Shown here: piece by piece, positions 49,543-60,030 of the stretch
How the letters are laid out: the number at the start of each line of letters is the position of its first letter
Position numbering within the stretch: the stretch's first letter is position 1
Source of the DNA: an uncultured Methanosarcinales archaeon
GTDB lineage: Archaea > Nanobdellota > Nanobdellia > Woesearchaeales > CAZYIM01
DNA length: 64,000 nucleotides
Assembly: GCA_964647565.1 (NCBI GenBank)
Contig: CAZYIM010000002.1
Span: 1-64,000 of the forward strand
Direction of reading: 5' to 3'
The notes under the pieces: generated by a model
What the model was told of the DNA's origin: nothing
What the model saw: the letters and a program-made list of their open reading frames with translations, nothing else
Databases searched by the model: none
Made by a program: the position numbers and the translations under genes

Positions 49543-49701
49543 CCATTAGGGACTCTGTTCTGAACAGGGGATTTATCCCGCCTAGCGTAGTCAAGTGTTC
49601 AGGATCTGATTAAAATAGAATCGGTTTGCAGTCGATAACATGAGGAGTGCAAAGCGCGGGAAAATTCTCTGCGTAAGCATTCTGGACAGAGCCCCATTAG
49701 G
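49543..49701. mobile_element. 143-bp MITE (49551-49693) with 8-bp target-site duplication
   Basis: CCATTAGG at 49543-49550 and 49694-49701; imperfect 14-bp terminal inverted repeats GACTCTGTTCTGAA / GGCTCTGTCCAGAA. Confidence 0.8.
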
Positions 49702-49759
49702 AAAACATTTTTAAATAATATTTATCTCGTTATTTTAACATTTTGAGGGGTGATATTAT

Positions 49760-49978
49760 ATGAAAAAAGAAGTTCTAGAAAAGCTTGCAGCTCTTTTAAC
49801 AGCTGCGTTTGGACTTGTTGCTGCTCTGGCTTGGAATGGTGCGATAAAGGCTATCTTTATTGAGCTATTCGGCACAGCAGATACAATTCTTGGAATGCTT
49901 ATCTATGCTGTTGTTGTTACTATAATCGCTGTTTTAGTGGTTATCCAGATCGGCAAAGCAACCGGAGAAGCAAAATAG
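49760..49978 (+). CDS. DUF5654-like small membrane protein
   Basis: LLTAAFGLVAALAWN..YAVVVTIIAV. Confidence 0.8.
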   Translation: MKKEVLEKLAALLTAAFGLVAALAWNGAIKAIFIELFGTADTILGMLIYAVVVTIIAVLVVIQIGKATGEAK

Positions 49979-50004
49979 ACTTTTTTTATTTTTTTTTTAA
50001 TTTC

Positions 50005-52278
50005 TTATGCTAATCCTTTTGCAATTATAGCTAAATTGATATCATCATAGAGTTCTCGAATGGCATTGTATATGTTAGCCTTTTCAGCACCTTCGAGCTC
50101 GCTGATCACAAAGAGCTGTTTCATATCCAAATACATGGCCTTTGCATCCTCGATCTTGCCGTTTTCAAGCAGGTCTCTACAAAGCCGGACCATCTCCTCA
50201 AACTTGGAATGCTTGTCCTTGGGCAGGTGAGCCTTGTCAAGAGGAACATCCTTATGAGGGCTAAGTTGTTTGAGCTTTTCATTGAGATAAACTTCGAAAC
50301 CCTTTTCCTCAATAGCCTCTTTCTTCTTCTCTAGTTTTTTCTCTGCAGATGCCATTTTCCTGGCTATTCTCTTAGATTCCGCGTAGTCGTGGCTTACTTG
50401 TTTCTTCCTTTCTTCAAATTTCGTAAGCTTTTCTTCGTACTTATTCTCATCTCTCTCGAGCTTATGTTGATCGATCAATAGTTGTTTAGCCTGTTTCTCA
50501 AGCGCTTTCTCCCTTTCCTTTAAGAGAACATATCTTCTTTTTACATCAGTTTCCAGATCCATTACTTCAGTACCTACCTTTGAGAGCATCTTTTCATCAT
50601 GCTTGACCTCTTTTTCAAGGGCACGCTCAGCTTCAAGTCTAAGTGATAGCTTTTTTGACAATCTGGTGAATTCTGCCTTCTTCCTACCTGCTTCCTTCAC
50701 CTTTTGGTCACAAACAAGCTTTAATTTATCTGCCTCTTCTTTCATGGCCTTTATGGTTTCAGCCTGTTTGAGTAGTTTGCTTGCAGCCTTTTTGTCTTTA
50801 TTGAAGGTGGCTAGCTCTTCATCATATTGTGCCTTTAGTTGATCATACTCAGCGATCTTCTTGTCCCTGAGCGCAGTTTTCCTGGCAAGTAGCTCTTTTT
50901 GATTGGCCAATTTTATAGCGAGTTCCTTCTTAACCTTTTCATTTATTGTTATGTTTAACCTCTTATTCCTCTTGACCAGTTCCTTCATCTTCTTATTGAA
51001 TCGAAGTGTAAGTTCCTTGAATTTTTTATTGTATCTTGCATTGAGTTCCTTATTCTTTTTCGCATATTTGGCTCTAACATTCTTATTGACGACATTATCG
51101 AATTTTTTCCTCTCAAGAGCCAGCTTGTTCTCACCTTGAGTAAGAGCTCTCTTTTTCTTGGCCAACTCCCTTTTGAGCTTCTGGATATCATCTAATGCAA
51201 CCTCCAGATCCCTTTCGACATTAGGATCAAAAGGCATATCGTATGATTCGTTTAAGACCTTTTTTATATCCTCAGAATAATCCTTAGGAATAAGATCCTG
51301 GACAGCTACATCAGGTTTAGGAGGTTCAGGTATCTCGTGTTCTTTAATTGGTGGTGGAGGCAAATCAATTTTTTTAGGTTTTATTGCCTTTTTGAGTTTG
51401 TGTAATACACCTTTTTTCTCAGGTTCTGGTGGTGGAGGCGGAGGAGGCATAGGCATATTGGATTGAGGTTCTGGGGGTTCACTGATTGTTTCTCCTGTAG
51501 CATCAAAAAGTTCATTTTGCAGGTCGGATTTCTCTTTTTCCAAGTCATCAAAATGTTCTTCTGGAGCTTTTTCCTTTTCTTCTGCCACCTTTACTTCTTC
51601 CTTATGATTAAAATCAGCCCACCCACTATCTTTATTGGATGAGGTCGTATCTGCTTCAATCCAAACATTCTTTTTTGAGGTTTTTTTCTTTCCTTTGGTT
51701 TTTGTTTTAGCTTTTTTGACCTCTTTTTTCTTTTCAATAGGTTTAGCTTGCGCAATTGACTGTTGGCTGAAATCATCTGCAGGTTCAGAGAAATCTATAT
51801 CCTCTGCCATAGGAGCTGGTTCTTCTGGTAAAGGAGGTTCTTTAGTATCTGGAACATCAGATTTTTCTTCTTCAGGCTTAAAATCCTGATCCTTATCAGG
51901 CAGTCTCCTGAATTCGTCAAAACCAGTGAATACATCATCCATTGAATCTGGCAATACAGTATCCTTTGAGGGGTCCTTAGGTTCGTCTGCTATTGAATCA
52001 AGGATAGAATCATCTATCGGTTCTTTAGGCTGTTTGCTCTCTTCCTCTATGGGGATGTCAAGTTTTGCTCTAAGTTCTGCCAAGTCAGGATCTATTGGTG
52101 GTCCTATATCCTTCTCAGCCTTAGAAACCGCTTCGCTTTTCTTCTCTTTTTTACTAAAAAGCTTAGAAAATATACTTTTTTTGTCCTCTTCTTTTTTCTT
52201 TAATTGTTCACCTAATGATTCACCCGCACTTATTTGTGGTGGCGTAGGTGGCAAAATACCCTCGTCAACCATCGTCAC
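50005..52278 (-). CDS. Large Pro/acid-rich and coiled-coil protein
   Basis: Poly-Pro tracts, long K/E coiled coil, short helical C-terminal bundle. Confidence 0.8.
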   Translation of the reverse strand: MTMVDEGILPPTPPQISAGESLGEQLKKKEEDKKSIFSKLFSKKEKKSEAVSKAEKDIGPPIDPDLAELRAKLDIPIEEESKQPKEPIDDSILDSIADEPKDPSKDTVLPDSMDDVFTGFDEFRRLPDKDQDFKPEEEKSDVPDTKEPPLPEEPAPMAEDIDFSEPADDFSQQSIAQAKPIEKKKEVKKAKTKTKGKKKTSKKNVWIEADTTSSNKDSGWADFNHKEEVKVAEEKEKAPEEHFDDLEKEKSDLQNELFDATGETISEPPEPQSNMPMPPPPPPPEPEKKGVLHKLKKAIKPKKIDLPPPPIKEHEIPEPPKPDVAVQDLIPKDYSEDIKKVLNESYDMPFDPNVERDLEVALDDIQKLKRELAKKKRALTQGENKLALERKKFDNVVNKNVRAKYAKKNKELNARYNKKFKELTLRFNKKMKELVKRNKRLNITINEKVKKELAIKLANQKELLARKTALRDKKIAEYDQLKAQYDEELATFNKDKKAASKLLKQAETIKAMKEEADKLKLVCDQKVKEAGRKKAEFTRLSKKLSLRLEAERALEKEVKHDEKMLSKVGTEVMDLETDVKRRYVLLKEREKALEKQAKQLLIDQHKLERDENKYEEKLTKFEERKKQVSHDYAESKRIARKMASAEKKLEKKKEAIEEKGFEVYLNEKLKQLSPHKDVPLDKAHLPKDKHSKFEEMVRLCRDLLENGKIEDAKAMYLDMKQLFVISELEGAEKANIYNAIRELYDDINLAIIAKGLA

Positions 52279-52402
52279 TCCCCCTTTTTTTCTTTATAAT
52301 TAAGAATTAGAATGAATTTATATTATCACCTATAAAAATCTTTTGTTTTTATTATTGTGAACTTTAATAAAATTTATATAATGGTAACTCTATTTCTTAA
52401 TT

Positions 52403-52765
52403 ATGAAAGGGCCTGTTCTTACTGATCTTCAGATTTATTTTGATAGGATAGAGGGAAGAATCTCTGTTTTGGAAGCAGATTCTTTGACCATTGAGAATGA
52501 GATGGCAAGCAGGGATGAACGACTTTTGGAGCATTATGAAAATACATCTGCTAAACTTAACAGGATTCGTGGGGAAATTGCCAATCTGAACTCAGATATT
52601 AAGAACATGATGCATACTATTAAGATTGTGATTGGTAGCCTGAAGCAGACTGTTAAAAAAGATGTATTTAATGCATTTCAAGAAAAAGTTGATGACTGGA
52701 GTCCAGAAACATTTATTTCACGCGAAACCGCCAAGAGAATGATCAAAGAAGCTAAGAACGATTAA
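52403..52765 (+). CDS. Coiled-coil hypothetical protein
   Basis: Heptad pattern; W.PE.FI tail. Confidence 0.65.
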   Translation: MKGPVLTDLQIYFDRIEGRISVLEADSLTIENEMASRDERLLEHYENTSAKLNRIRGEIANLNSDIKNMMHTIKIVIGSLKQTVKKDVFNAFQEKVDDWSPETFISRETAKRMIKEAKND

Positions 52766-53641
52766 CTATAAGATCTTTTCTTTCTTTAGGACAGCTTTCA
52801 ATGATGTTAGTGCAACTTCTATTTGCTTATCATCTGGCGGATTGGTTGTTAAACTCTGTAGCCAGAGCCCTGGTGCTGCTATTATCCTGAAGAGCAGAAA
52901 ATGGTGAAATTTACTTGTTAGCTTCATGAATTCGTACGAGACTCCCATGATTACAGGCAATAATAGGATTCTGAGCAGATATTTCTGCCAAAAGCTGACT
53001 GTGAATGGGATGAAGATATAGATGATTATGCTCAAGACCAATACGCTTAAGATAAAGGTTGTTCCGCACCTTGTGTGTGCTGTAGAATATTTCTTTACGT
53101 TTTTCACATTGAGCTCTTTACCTGTTTCAAAACAATGGATTGTCTTATGTTCTGCTCCATGATATGCAAATATGCGTTTCATATCTTTAAGTTTGGAGAT
53201 TATGGCTAGGTAAAGTACGAAGATGGTAGCTTTTATGATGCCATCAATCAGATTGTATAGGAGATTGTTCACTCCTAACCCTTTTTTAAAGAGTTCGGCA
53301 ATACCTAGGGGCAATAGCTTAAACATGACCAAAGCAAAAAGTACTGCAAGCGCTAATGATATTACGAGCTCCCATGTTGAGAATTTATCATCTGATTCGT
53401 CTAAAGCCTGGTTGCTTGACCAGGTAAGTGATTTTAAGCCTGTGGAGAGCATCTCGATCATTGAGACCACACCTCTTATGAATGGCCATTTGAGCACTGG
53501 TTTTTTGGTCCAGGAAACATGTTTTTTTACTGTTGTAATGATTTTGCCATTGGGTTTTCTAACAGATGTTGCAATGTAATTAGGGCTTTTCATCATAACT
53601 CCCTCAATTACAGCTTGGCCGCCAACAAGGATCTTCTTCAT
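52766..53641 (-). CDS. DUF1385 family membrane protein
   Basis: GGQAVIEGVMM, YHGAEHK, HTRCGT. Confidence 0.92.
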   Translation of the reverse strand: MKKILVGGQAVIEGVMMKSPNYIATSVRKPNGKIITTVKKHVSWTKKPVLKWPFIRGVVSMIEMLSTGLKSLTWSSNQALDESDDKFSTWELVISLALAVLFALVMFKLLPLGIAELFKKGLGVNNLLYNLIDGIIKATIFVLYLAIISKLKDMKRIFAYHGAEHKTIHCFETGKELNVKNVKKYSTAHTRCGTTFILSVLVLSIIIYIFIPFTVSFWQKYLLRILLLPVIMGVSYEFMKLTSKFHHFLLFRIIAAPGLWLQSLTTNPPDDKQIEVALTSLKAVLKKEKIL

Positions 53642-53738
53642 AGCAAAATAATTTTATTATTCTTTTTATAAATTTTGTGGGTATAGAACAAGTATATGTT
53701 ATGAATGAAAAATAAAAAAAATAAAAAAAGGAAAAGAT

Positions 53739-54224
53739 TTACGATGCTTTTCCTGCAATGCTTCCAAGGGCTTTGTTGGGTAATCCGTTTTCAAGATTCT
53801 TATATAAAACCTGCATCTCTCCCTTGAATCTTCCTGCTGTAATGCCGTTAGAACAGTTAAAACGTATTGTTACTTTTTCATTGTTGGCAATTGTTACAGG
53901 TACAGCAGCTAATGTACAGCCTGCGCCAGCACATGCAGCGATTCCGCTTGTTGTACAGTCGTCACCAGTCACATCTTCATAGCCTGTTATGTTTATTGAG
54001 GCACCGTTGTTGTTGGTTAATACAACTGATACTGTGTTTGAGTCTGCTGCTACAGATGCCTTACCTACGCAGTCCATTCCAGAAGGAAATGCACATCTTT
54101 CTGGAAGCAGGCTTGCCGTATCTAATACTCCGAAATAAGCCAGAGCGCCTATGGCTGCTAATACTACTAGAATAGCCCATCCATAGGTCATAAGAAATTC
54201 CATTGCGGCTTGACCTTTTCTCAT
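53739..54224 (-). CDS. Archaeal type IV pilin (class III signal peptide)
   Basis: MRKG/QAAMEFLMTYGWAILVV. Confidence 0.9.
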   Translation of the reverse strand: MRKGQAAMEFLMTYGWAILVVLAAIGALAYFGVLDTASLLPERCAFPSGMDCVGKASVAADSNTVSVVLTNNNGASINITGYEDVTGDDCTTSGIAACAGAGCTLAAVPVTIANNEKVTIRFNCSNGITAGRFKGEMQVLYKNLENGLPNKALGSIAGKAS

Positions 54225-54425
54225 ACTTACACCTCTTTTATTTTTTTATTATTAATATACTTTTTTATATATTAGTTGCCTTTAATATATAAAGCTTTCG
54301 GTTTTTATATAATGAAAGTCGAAACTTGGCAGACTCTGCTGCGCTACGTCTCTCAGGTTCAATTTTTTAAAAAATTAACTTCGAGGAACGGTTTTTTTGT
54401 GAGAAATCTAAGATTTGTCTCTTAC

Positions 54426-56126
54426 TCATAGGAAAACACTCAATAGGCCTCCAATTAAGGCATTTGAGACAAAGTATAGAAGGACAGTGACAATTATGAA
54501 AACAGGGATAAATTTGATGCCCTGCTTGATATTGCCCTTCTTGATTGTAGCGATTATGCAGGAAGAGAAAAATGAGGTTATTGTCAGTGAAACAATAGCA
54601 AATATGGTCAATGATTGTATACTTATAGAATCTCCTGACATGTTCAGGCTGATCAGGCTACCGCTCGTGGGTAATGTACTCATATCAATACCACCGACAA
54701 TCTGGGTTATGATAGCTACCAATTGGGTTGCAAGGCCTAATAAGACAGGCGCACCTACAATAGTTGCAAAACCAATGAAGATTACATAAGTGGTGACATT
54801 GGCAGCCATCTCCTTTTTTAGCAACCTGGTTTCTTGGATGTCTGTCGCGATCTTTGAAAGGAGCTCAGCAAGCTCTCCTCCTGCTTCCAGACCCTCTAAT
54901 AATATGTTGATAGATCGTTTTAAAACCTTTGAATCAAACTTATTAGCAAAATTACGTAGTGCATTCTGCAGGTTCTCTCCTGCAATAGTGGCTTTGGCCA
55001 CCTCTTGTATCTCAAGGGCCAGTATGCCAAATCGAGGCCTTACAGCCGCCCACATTGCCTTTTCAATGGTCATGCCTGCGCTGATATTTGCAGATGTTAG
55101 CTGGAGGAAATCTGGCAGCACATCTTCAACCTGCAGTCTTCTGTGGAATATACGAAGGTCTACAACTACATAAATAAATAACCATGTAATGAGCAGTAAA
55201 AACACAAATACAAAGGTCCATAAAATAACAATAAACAACAATACCTTTAGAACATTAGTGTTATTTAGTCCGAAAATGACTAGGAAGAACGCTGTTGCTG
55301 CAAGGCAAAGTATGAGTGCGATCTTGAATGTCTTGGCCTTAAGGGAGGTTTCATCTGTTTGAGTAAGACCTGCCTTTTGGAAATATTCTTTGACAATCTT
55401 CTTTTTCACAGACTTTTTTTGGTGTTTGAGCTCATCTTTGGACTTTACAGCTTTTTCTATTTTATACGATTTGTTCTTTCTTAATATAGTTCTGACTCTG
55501 ATATCAACAAATAAATAAAACAAGCCCCATCCCACTAAAAAGATTAATGCAAAGACCAGAGTCCAAAGGAGTCCGATGAATATCAGTAGCTTCATTACCG
55601 AATTGTGGGAGATGGCAGAACTTATCAGGGAAACTATAGATATGATTAAGCATATTGTTACTGATATCCTGAAAATCAATCTTTGCATAGACTGCTCGTT
55701 TAAATGTCTGAGACCTGCTTTCTCAGCATAGTTTTTGAAAATAAGCTGCTCCTTATGCAAAAGCCGTTCAAACAGGTTTACTGGTTTTTTCAAGGGGAGG
55801 TGATGCTTTTCATGCTTTTTTTCTTTTATGGTGGGAGTTTTTGTTTCGAGTGGTTTCTCTTCTTTTTGTTCTGGTTGGCTTAGTTTTAGCTTCTTTAATC
55901 TAAAACTTGGTCTGGAAGGGCGGATTTTAGAGAATAATGTGCTTAAATGTTCTTTTATATTAAAGGAAGGTCTTGTCTTTTTTGGTTCTGGAGTTTTTGT
56001 ATCTGTCTTTGGAACTTTTTGTTTCTGAGGTTTAGCAGGGCTCTTCTTTTCTGTAACCGCCTGCACATTATCTTCACCCATAATTTTATCATAATCATCC
56101 AGCATGTCTTTGATGTCTTTTGTCAT
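54426..56126 (-). CDS. Pilus platform protein (TadC/T2SS-F-like) with duplicated N-terminal TM module
   Basis: VEDVLPDFLQLTSANISAGM..FGIL..E T2SSF domain. Confidence 0.9.
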   Translation of the reverse strand: MTKDIKDMLDDYDKIMGEDNVQAVTEKKSPAKPQKQKVPKTDTKTPEPKKTRPSFNIKEHLSTLFSKIRPSRPSFRLKKLKLSQPEQKEEKPLETKTPTIKEKKHEKHHLPLKKPVNLFERLLHKEQLIFKNYAEKAGLRHLNEQSMQRLIFRISVTICLIISIVSLISSAISHNSVMKLLIFIGLLWTLVFALIFLVGWGLFYLFVDIRVRTILRKNKSYKIEKAVKSKDELKHQKKSVKKKIVKEYFQKAGLTQTDETSLKAKTFKIALILCLAATAFFLVIFGLNNTNVLKVLLFIVILWTFVFVFLLLITWLFIYVVVDLRIFHRRLQVEDVLPDFLQLTSANISAGMTIEKAMWAAVRPRFGILALEIQEVAKATIAGENLQNALRNFANKFDSKVLKRSINILLEGLEAGGELAELLSKIATDIQETRLLKKEMAANVTTYVIFIGFATIVGAPVLLGLATQLVAIITQIVGGIDMSTLPTSGSLISLNMSGDSISIQSLTIFAIVSLTITSFFSSCIIATIKKGNIKQGIKFIPVFIIVTVLLYFVSNALIGGLLSVFL

Positions 56127-56129
56127 TTT

Positions 56130-56936
56130 TTACATTTCCATAGGAGGTCTTGATGACTTGATTATCGAGAGGAACATGAACTGCACAAAGCCCAGGAATC
56201 CTGCAAATAACAGTAATACTGTAAGGGATATCTTAATTCCGATAAAGAGGGACATGACAACCATAAAGGCTGTGCCTAATGAGGGAACAATGACTGCGAT
56301 CATCATGTAGAACATAGCTAATGGGTTAAGTTTTCTTCCATATTCCTTGACAGCGATCTGCTGCTGTCTGATAACCTGTGAAATGACTGTGTTTAAAGAG
56401 TTTGCAACATTGGCGCCAGTTCTCATGGAGTTGAGGATCTGCCACAAGATCTTTCTGAAGTTGGTTGAAGATGTGGTTGTGATCATCTCATTCAATGCAT
56501 CTTCAAGAGGTGTTCCAAGATCAACCTTCTGTACTACCTCATTGAAATATGGGCCGACAATATCATAGTTCTTGGCCAGGTTCTTGAATACCTGGTATAG
56601 CGGTACTCCTGATTCCAGCTCGATTATAAGGAATCTGCCTGCAAAGACCAACTCCTGGTCAATCTGCATATTGATCTTATCTATCTTAACATCTGCATAC
56701 CTAAGGAAGTACATGAATGCTATAAAGAAGACTATGGGCACGAAGAAGATCACCCCTATAGACTTTAAGAATGTGAAGAAGATGATAAGCAGTCCTACTG
56801 AAAGAAAAAGGGAGCTCATAAAGGTTCTTCTGACATATTGTTCAGGTGTATATGGCAGCCTTGCCTGTTCAAGTTTCAGGGCTAATCCTGGAATCTTCCT
56901 GGCAATATTTTTATAGAGCAGCATTTTAAAAATCAA
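56130..56936 (-). CDS. Pilus platform protein (TadB/T2SS-F-like)
   Basis: ELESGVPL, GTPLEDAL, YMMIAVIVPSLG. Confidence 0.88.
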   Translation of the reverse strand: MIFKMLLYKNIARKIPGLALKLEQARLPYTPEQYVRRTFMSSLFLSVGLLIIFFTFLKSIGVIFFVPIVFFIAFMYFLRYADVKIDKINMQIDQELVFAGRFLIIELESGVPLYQVFKNLAKNYDIVGPYFNEVVQKVDLGTPLEDALNEMITTTSSTNFRKILWQILNSMRTGANVANSLNTVISQVIRQQQIAVKEYGRKLNPLAMFYMMIAVIVPSLGTAFMVVMSLFIGIKISLTVLLLFAGFLGFVQFMFLSIIKSSRPPMEM

Positions 56937-58497
56937 AGGGTTTGTTGTTTTTCACATATTCCATCAGATTTTCCCTGTCTGTGTAGTATTCTGCCATGAT
57001 TCTTCCAACAGCATCAACATTTTCAATATTTTGGTTCACGAGATATCTTAGAATTTGTTCCTTATCCTTGATGTGTGAATCAATCTCTTTGACAGAATAT
57101 CCTGTGTATAAAGAAAGGTTCTTGTACAGGTTCATAGATGGAAAGAGCTTGACCAGTTTATCCTGTTTTGCATTATACTGCATAAGTACATTTACTTTAG
57201 CGTCTGCAAGCACCTCAGCTACCTGGAAGGTTCTCCTTGTGCCAGTTCTTCTGTTTCTGAACTGTACGATGATTAAGGAGATTGCAGGTACCAGGATCTC
57301 AGGAACATCAATAGGAGGATTGGTCAGTCGTTTTATTGTCTCATCAGCAGTATTGGCGTGGATGGTTGCGTAGACTGAATGGCCTGTGTGGATAGCCTCG
57401 AACAAGGTTTCAGATTCCCTTTTCCTCCTGACTTCTCCAACAATGATTCGGTCAGGCCTCATTCTTAGTGAGTTTACCAGCAGGTCTCCCATGGTGATCT
57501 CGCCCCTGCCTTCAGGATTTGGCAGACGGGTGGTCATGGGCACCCAATGCAGAAACTTTGGTAGGGTTATCTCTCTTGTGTCCTCTATTGAGATGATTCT
57601 TTGGTTAGGCGGGAAAAAGTTGGTCAATACATTGAGCATGGAAGTCTTTCCAGATGCAGTTCCTCCTGCGATTAGGATACTCATCTCATACTGTATTGCC
57701 ATCCAAATTAAGGCTGCTGCGGCAAATGAGATAGATCCTGCTTTCAAGAAACGGGTGATGGTCCAGGGGTCTCTTGAGAATTTTCTGATGGTGAATGTGT
57801 TGCCTGCTGTTGAGATCGGCATGATAGTTGCATTCACTCTGTCTCCCTCAGCAAGGTGGGCGTCAAGCAGGGGCTGGAGCACAGTGATCTGCCTTCCTAC
57901 TCTCCTGGCAACAATACTTGCATAATGCCGGGTCTGGTCTTCATTTAGGATGTTGACATTGGTTTTCACCCAACCGAAATTCTTATGGTATACCCAGATA
58001 GGCTCATCCACGCCATTGATGACTATCTCCTCAAGATTCACATCAGCATTCAGGATCTCTATGCTTCCAAGTCCCAGGCTTTTCTCAACCAGATAACTGG
58101 TCAGAAAACCCTTGGTCTTTTCATCCTCGTCGGGGAAGTACTTTCGTATAAGTACAGCAATAGTCTCCTTGAATCTTTCCTCCACTACATCCTTTTTCTT
58201 CACAGTGGTCAGGTCTATCATCTCAAGCTTGGATTTCTTGATAAGTTCCTGGCGTATCTTTTCAAGGATAAACTCTGTTGTTGTGCTTAATTTGGAGATA
58301 TTAACTTCATAGATAGGCACAAACTCCCCTTTTTTCATCGAGATCTTGACATGGATAGGAATATCTCCTGCATCATAATCATAACTGTCCAGGATTTTTT
58401 CCCGGGATTTAACCTTAGGTACTATTGCGGGCTTTTTATTAATGATTTGAGTCTTAGAACTGTCTTTAGATACCTTTTTTTTACGGCTTTTCAACAA
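56926..58497 (-). CDS. Pilus assembly ATPase (CpaF/VirB11/ArlI family)
   Basis: GGTASGKT, IEDTRE, LRMRPDRIIVGEVR, HTGH..TIHA. Confidence 0.96.
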   Translation of the reverse strand: MLKSRKKKVSKDSSKTQIINKKPAIVPKVKSREKILDSYDYDAGDIPIHVKISMKKGEFVPIYEVNISKLSTTTEFILEKIRQELIKKSKLEMIDLTTVKKKDVVEERFKETIAVLIRKYFPDEDEKTKGFLTSYLVEKSLGLGSIEILNADVNLEEIVINGVDEPIWVYHKNFGWVKTNVNILNEDQTRHYASIVARRVGRQITVLQPLLDAHLAEGDRVNATIMPISTAGNTFTIRKFSRDPWTITRFLKAGSISFAAAALIWMAIQYEMSILIAGGTASGKTSMLNVLTNFFPPNQRIISIEDTREITLPKFLHWVPMTTRLPNPEGRGEITMGDLLVNSLRMRPDRIIVGEVRRKRESETLFEAIHTGHSVYATIHANTADETIKRLTNPPIDVPEILVPAISLIIVQFRNRRTGTRRTFQVAEVLADAKVNVLMQYNAKQDKLVKLFPSMNLYKNLSLYTGYSVKEIDSHIKDKEQILRYLVNQNIENVDAVGRIMAEYYTDRENLMEYVKNNKPFDF

Positions 58498-58580
58498 AAT
58501 ACACCTCTTTTTTTAAATGTGCCAATCCCTTCTTCTAGATAATTCATGCTTGACTATTTAAATATTGCGTAAGAAATTAG

Positions 58581-59726
58581 TTAGTCTTTAAGAAAACTCA
58601 ATAAGTCAAAGATTTTCTTTCTTAAAAAAGTCTTTTTCTTTTCCAGAGAATCCATGTGTGTCTTGAGATCAGACATCTGCTTGTTGATTGTTGCGGATTT
58701 AGAAATGATATTGAATCCCTTTGCACTCTCTATTAATTCTTTGAATTCCTTCTCCAGGTTTAGCCTCAGATCATCTATGTCATCAAGTTTTTTCTCGATA
58801 TTGGTCTTATAGTTCAGGAACTTCTCAAAGTTCTTTATGATGTGTTTGCTTTCCTCTGTGTATTTCTCAACAGATTCCTTTTTTTTGCTGATATTCTTGA
58901 GCATACTTTTCTGGAGTTCCTCAATTTTTTTCTTGTGTTGTGCACTTTTCTCAATCAAGGGGTTTAGGAAGCTCTTTTTGTTGCTAAGATCGGTCTCAAT
59001 CCTTTCCGCCAGATTTTTCAACTCATCCATTCTGACTTTTGAGAGATCTACGTCTTTTTCTTCTTCAGCTATCTTATCCTCAATTAGTTCGAGCTCTTCC
59101 ACAAGTTTATTGATTCTTGATTTGACCTTGTCCTCGTCAGAAAGCAATTTCTTGATCTCGTCAGTTTCCTTGGAGATGTTTTCCCTTTCAATCTTGATGT
59201 CTGAAATCATGGATGCGTACTTCTGCTCATGTTCCTTTATCTATAGTGCTGCTTTTTCAACGAGATCTTCATATTCTTTCTTCTGGTTCTCAATCTCTGT
59301 CCTGAGATTCTTCTGAGCATCCTGATATTCATGGATTTTCTTAAGATCATCTTTCATGTCTGAGATTTCAGGGCCCATTCTTGACTGCAGGTTCTTGAAC
59401 TCATCCTTGATTGTATTAAATGATTCAGTCTCGCTGTCTAAAACCCTGATTGCAGATTCTACTTTCCTGATAAATGCATCTTTTTTGGATGAGTACTCTG
59501 TCTGTTTTACTGCTATCTCTTTCTTGCTCAACCTTCTTTCAACCAGGAAAACCTTTGAAAGAGAGTATTCGATGCTTATCAGACCCTGTTCTTCAAGAAA
59601 GTTAGCCCATTCCTGGACTACCATTGGGCTGACGTTTAGCTCTTTAGCAGCTACATTGAGTTCAAGCTTCTTTTCCTTGGCTACCAGAGCAACAAGCCTG
59701 TCCACACCCGTTTCAATCTTATCCAT
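58581..59726 (-). pseudogene. wHTH plus coiled-coil protein interrupted by one in-frame TAG (59241-59243)
   Basis: IETGVDRLV..AAKELNV..EWANFLEEQGLI; the frame continues KAAL*IKEHEQKYASMISD. Confidence 0.7.
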
Positions 59727-59809
59727 AGTTATTCTGAAGAATGAGCAGTATAAAAAGATTTCTATTTGATGATGCTGCATTAAAGATAGAAAATAAGTAT
59801 TCATCTCTG

Positions 59810-60004
59810 GCACAGATGGACTTTCTGCGAAAGTCCTACCCTCCCAAGGGTTACGCCCCTTGAGGACGTGTGCGGCTTTCGCCTTTGGCTCAGTCCCACT
59901 CTTTAACTAGCCCTTCGGGAATGCATATTGTCGGCTCGCCCGGCCATGGTTCGCAAGCCTCTTTGCGAACCCGAGAACGAACGAAGTGAAGTGACCATGA
60001 ATGC
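59810..60004. repeat. GC-rich multi-hairpin intergenic element, including copy C-like segment 59942-60004
   Basis: GGACTTTC-TGC-GAAAGTCC, CAAGGG/CCCTTG, GTTCGCAA/TTGCGAAC; GCCATGG...CCATGAATG ends like copy A. Confidence 0.6.
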
Positions 60005-60030
60005 TTATTTTATGATACTAGAACTTGTCT

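Noticed and set aside
12964..59726. Genome-wide TAG reassignment
   Set aside because: TAG ends conserved genes at their expected C-termini (SBDS 27438, DUF1385 52766)
59810..59945. SRP RNA, 5S rRNA or hammerhead ribozyme
   Set aside because: No SRP helix 8 motif, no 5S consensus, and no complete CUGANGA core
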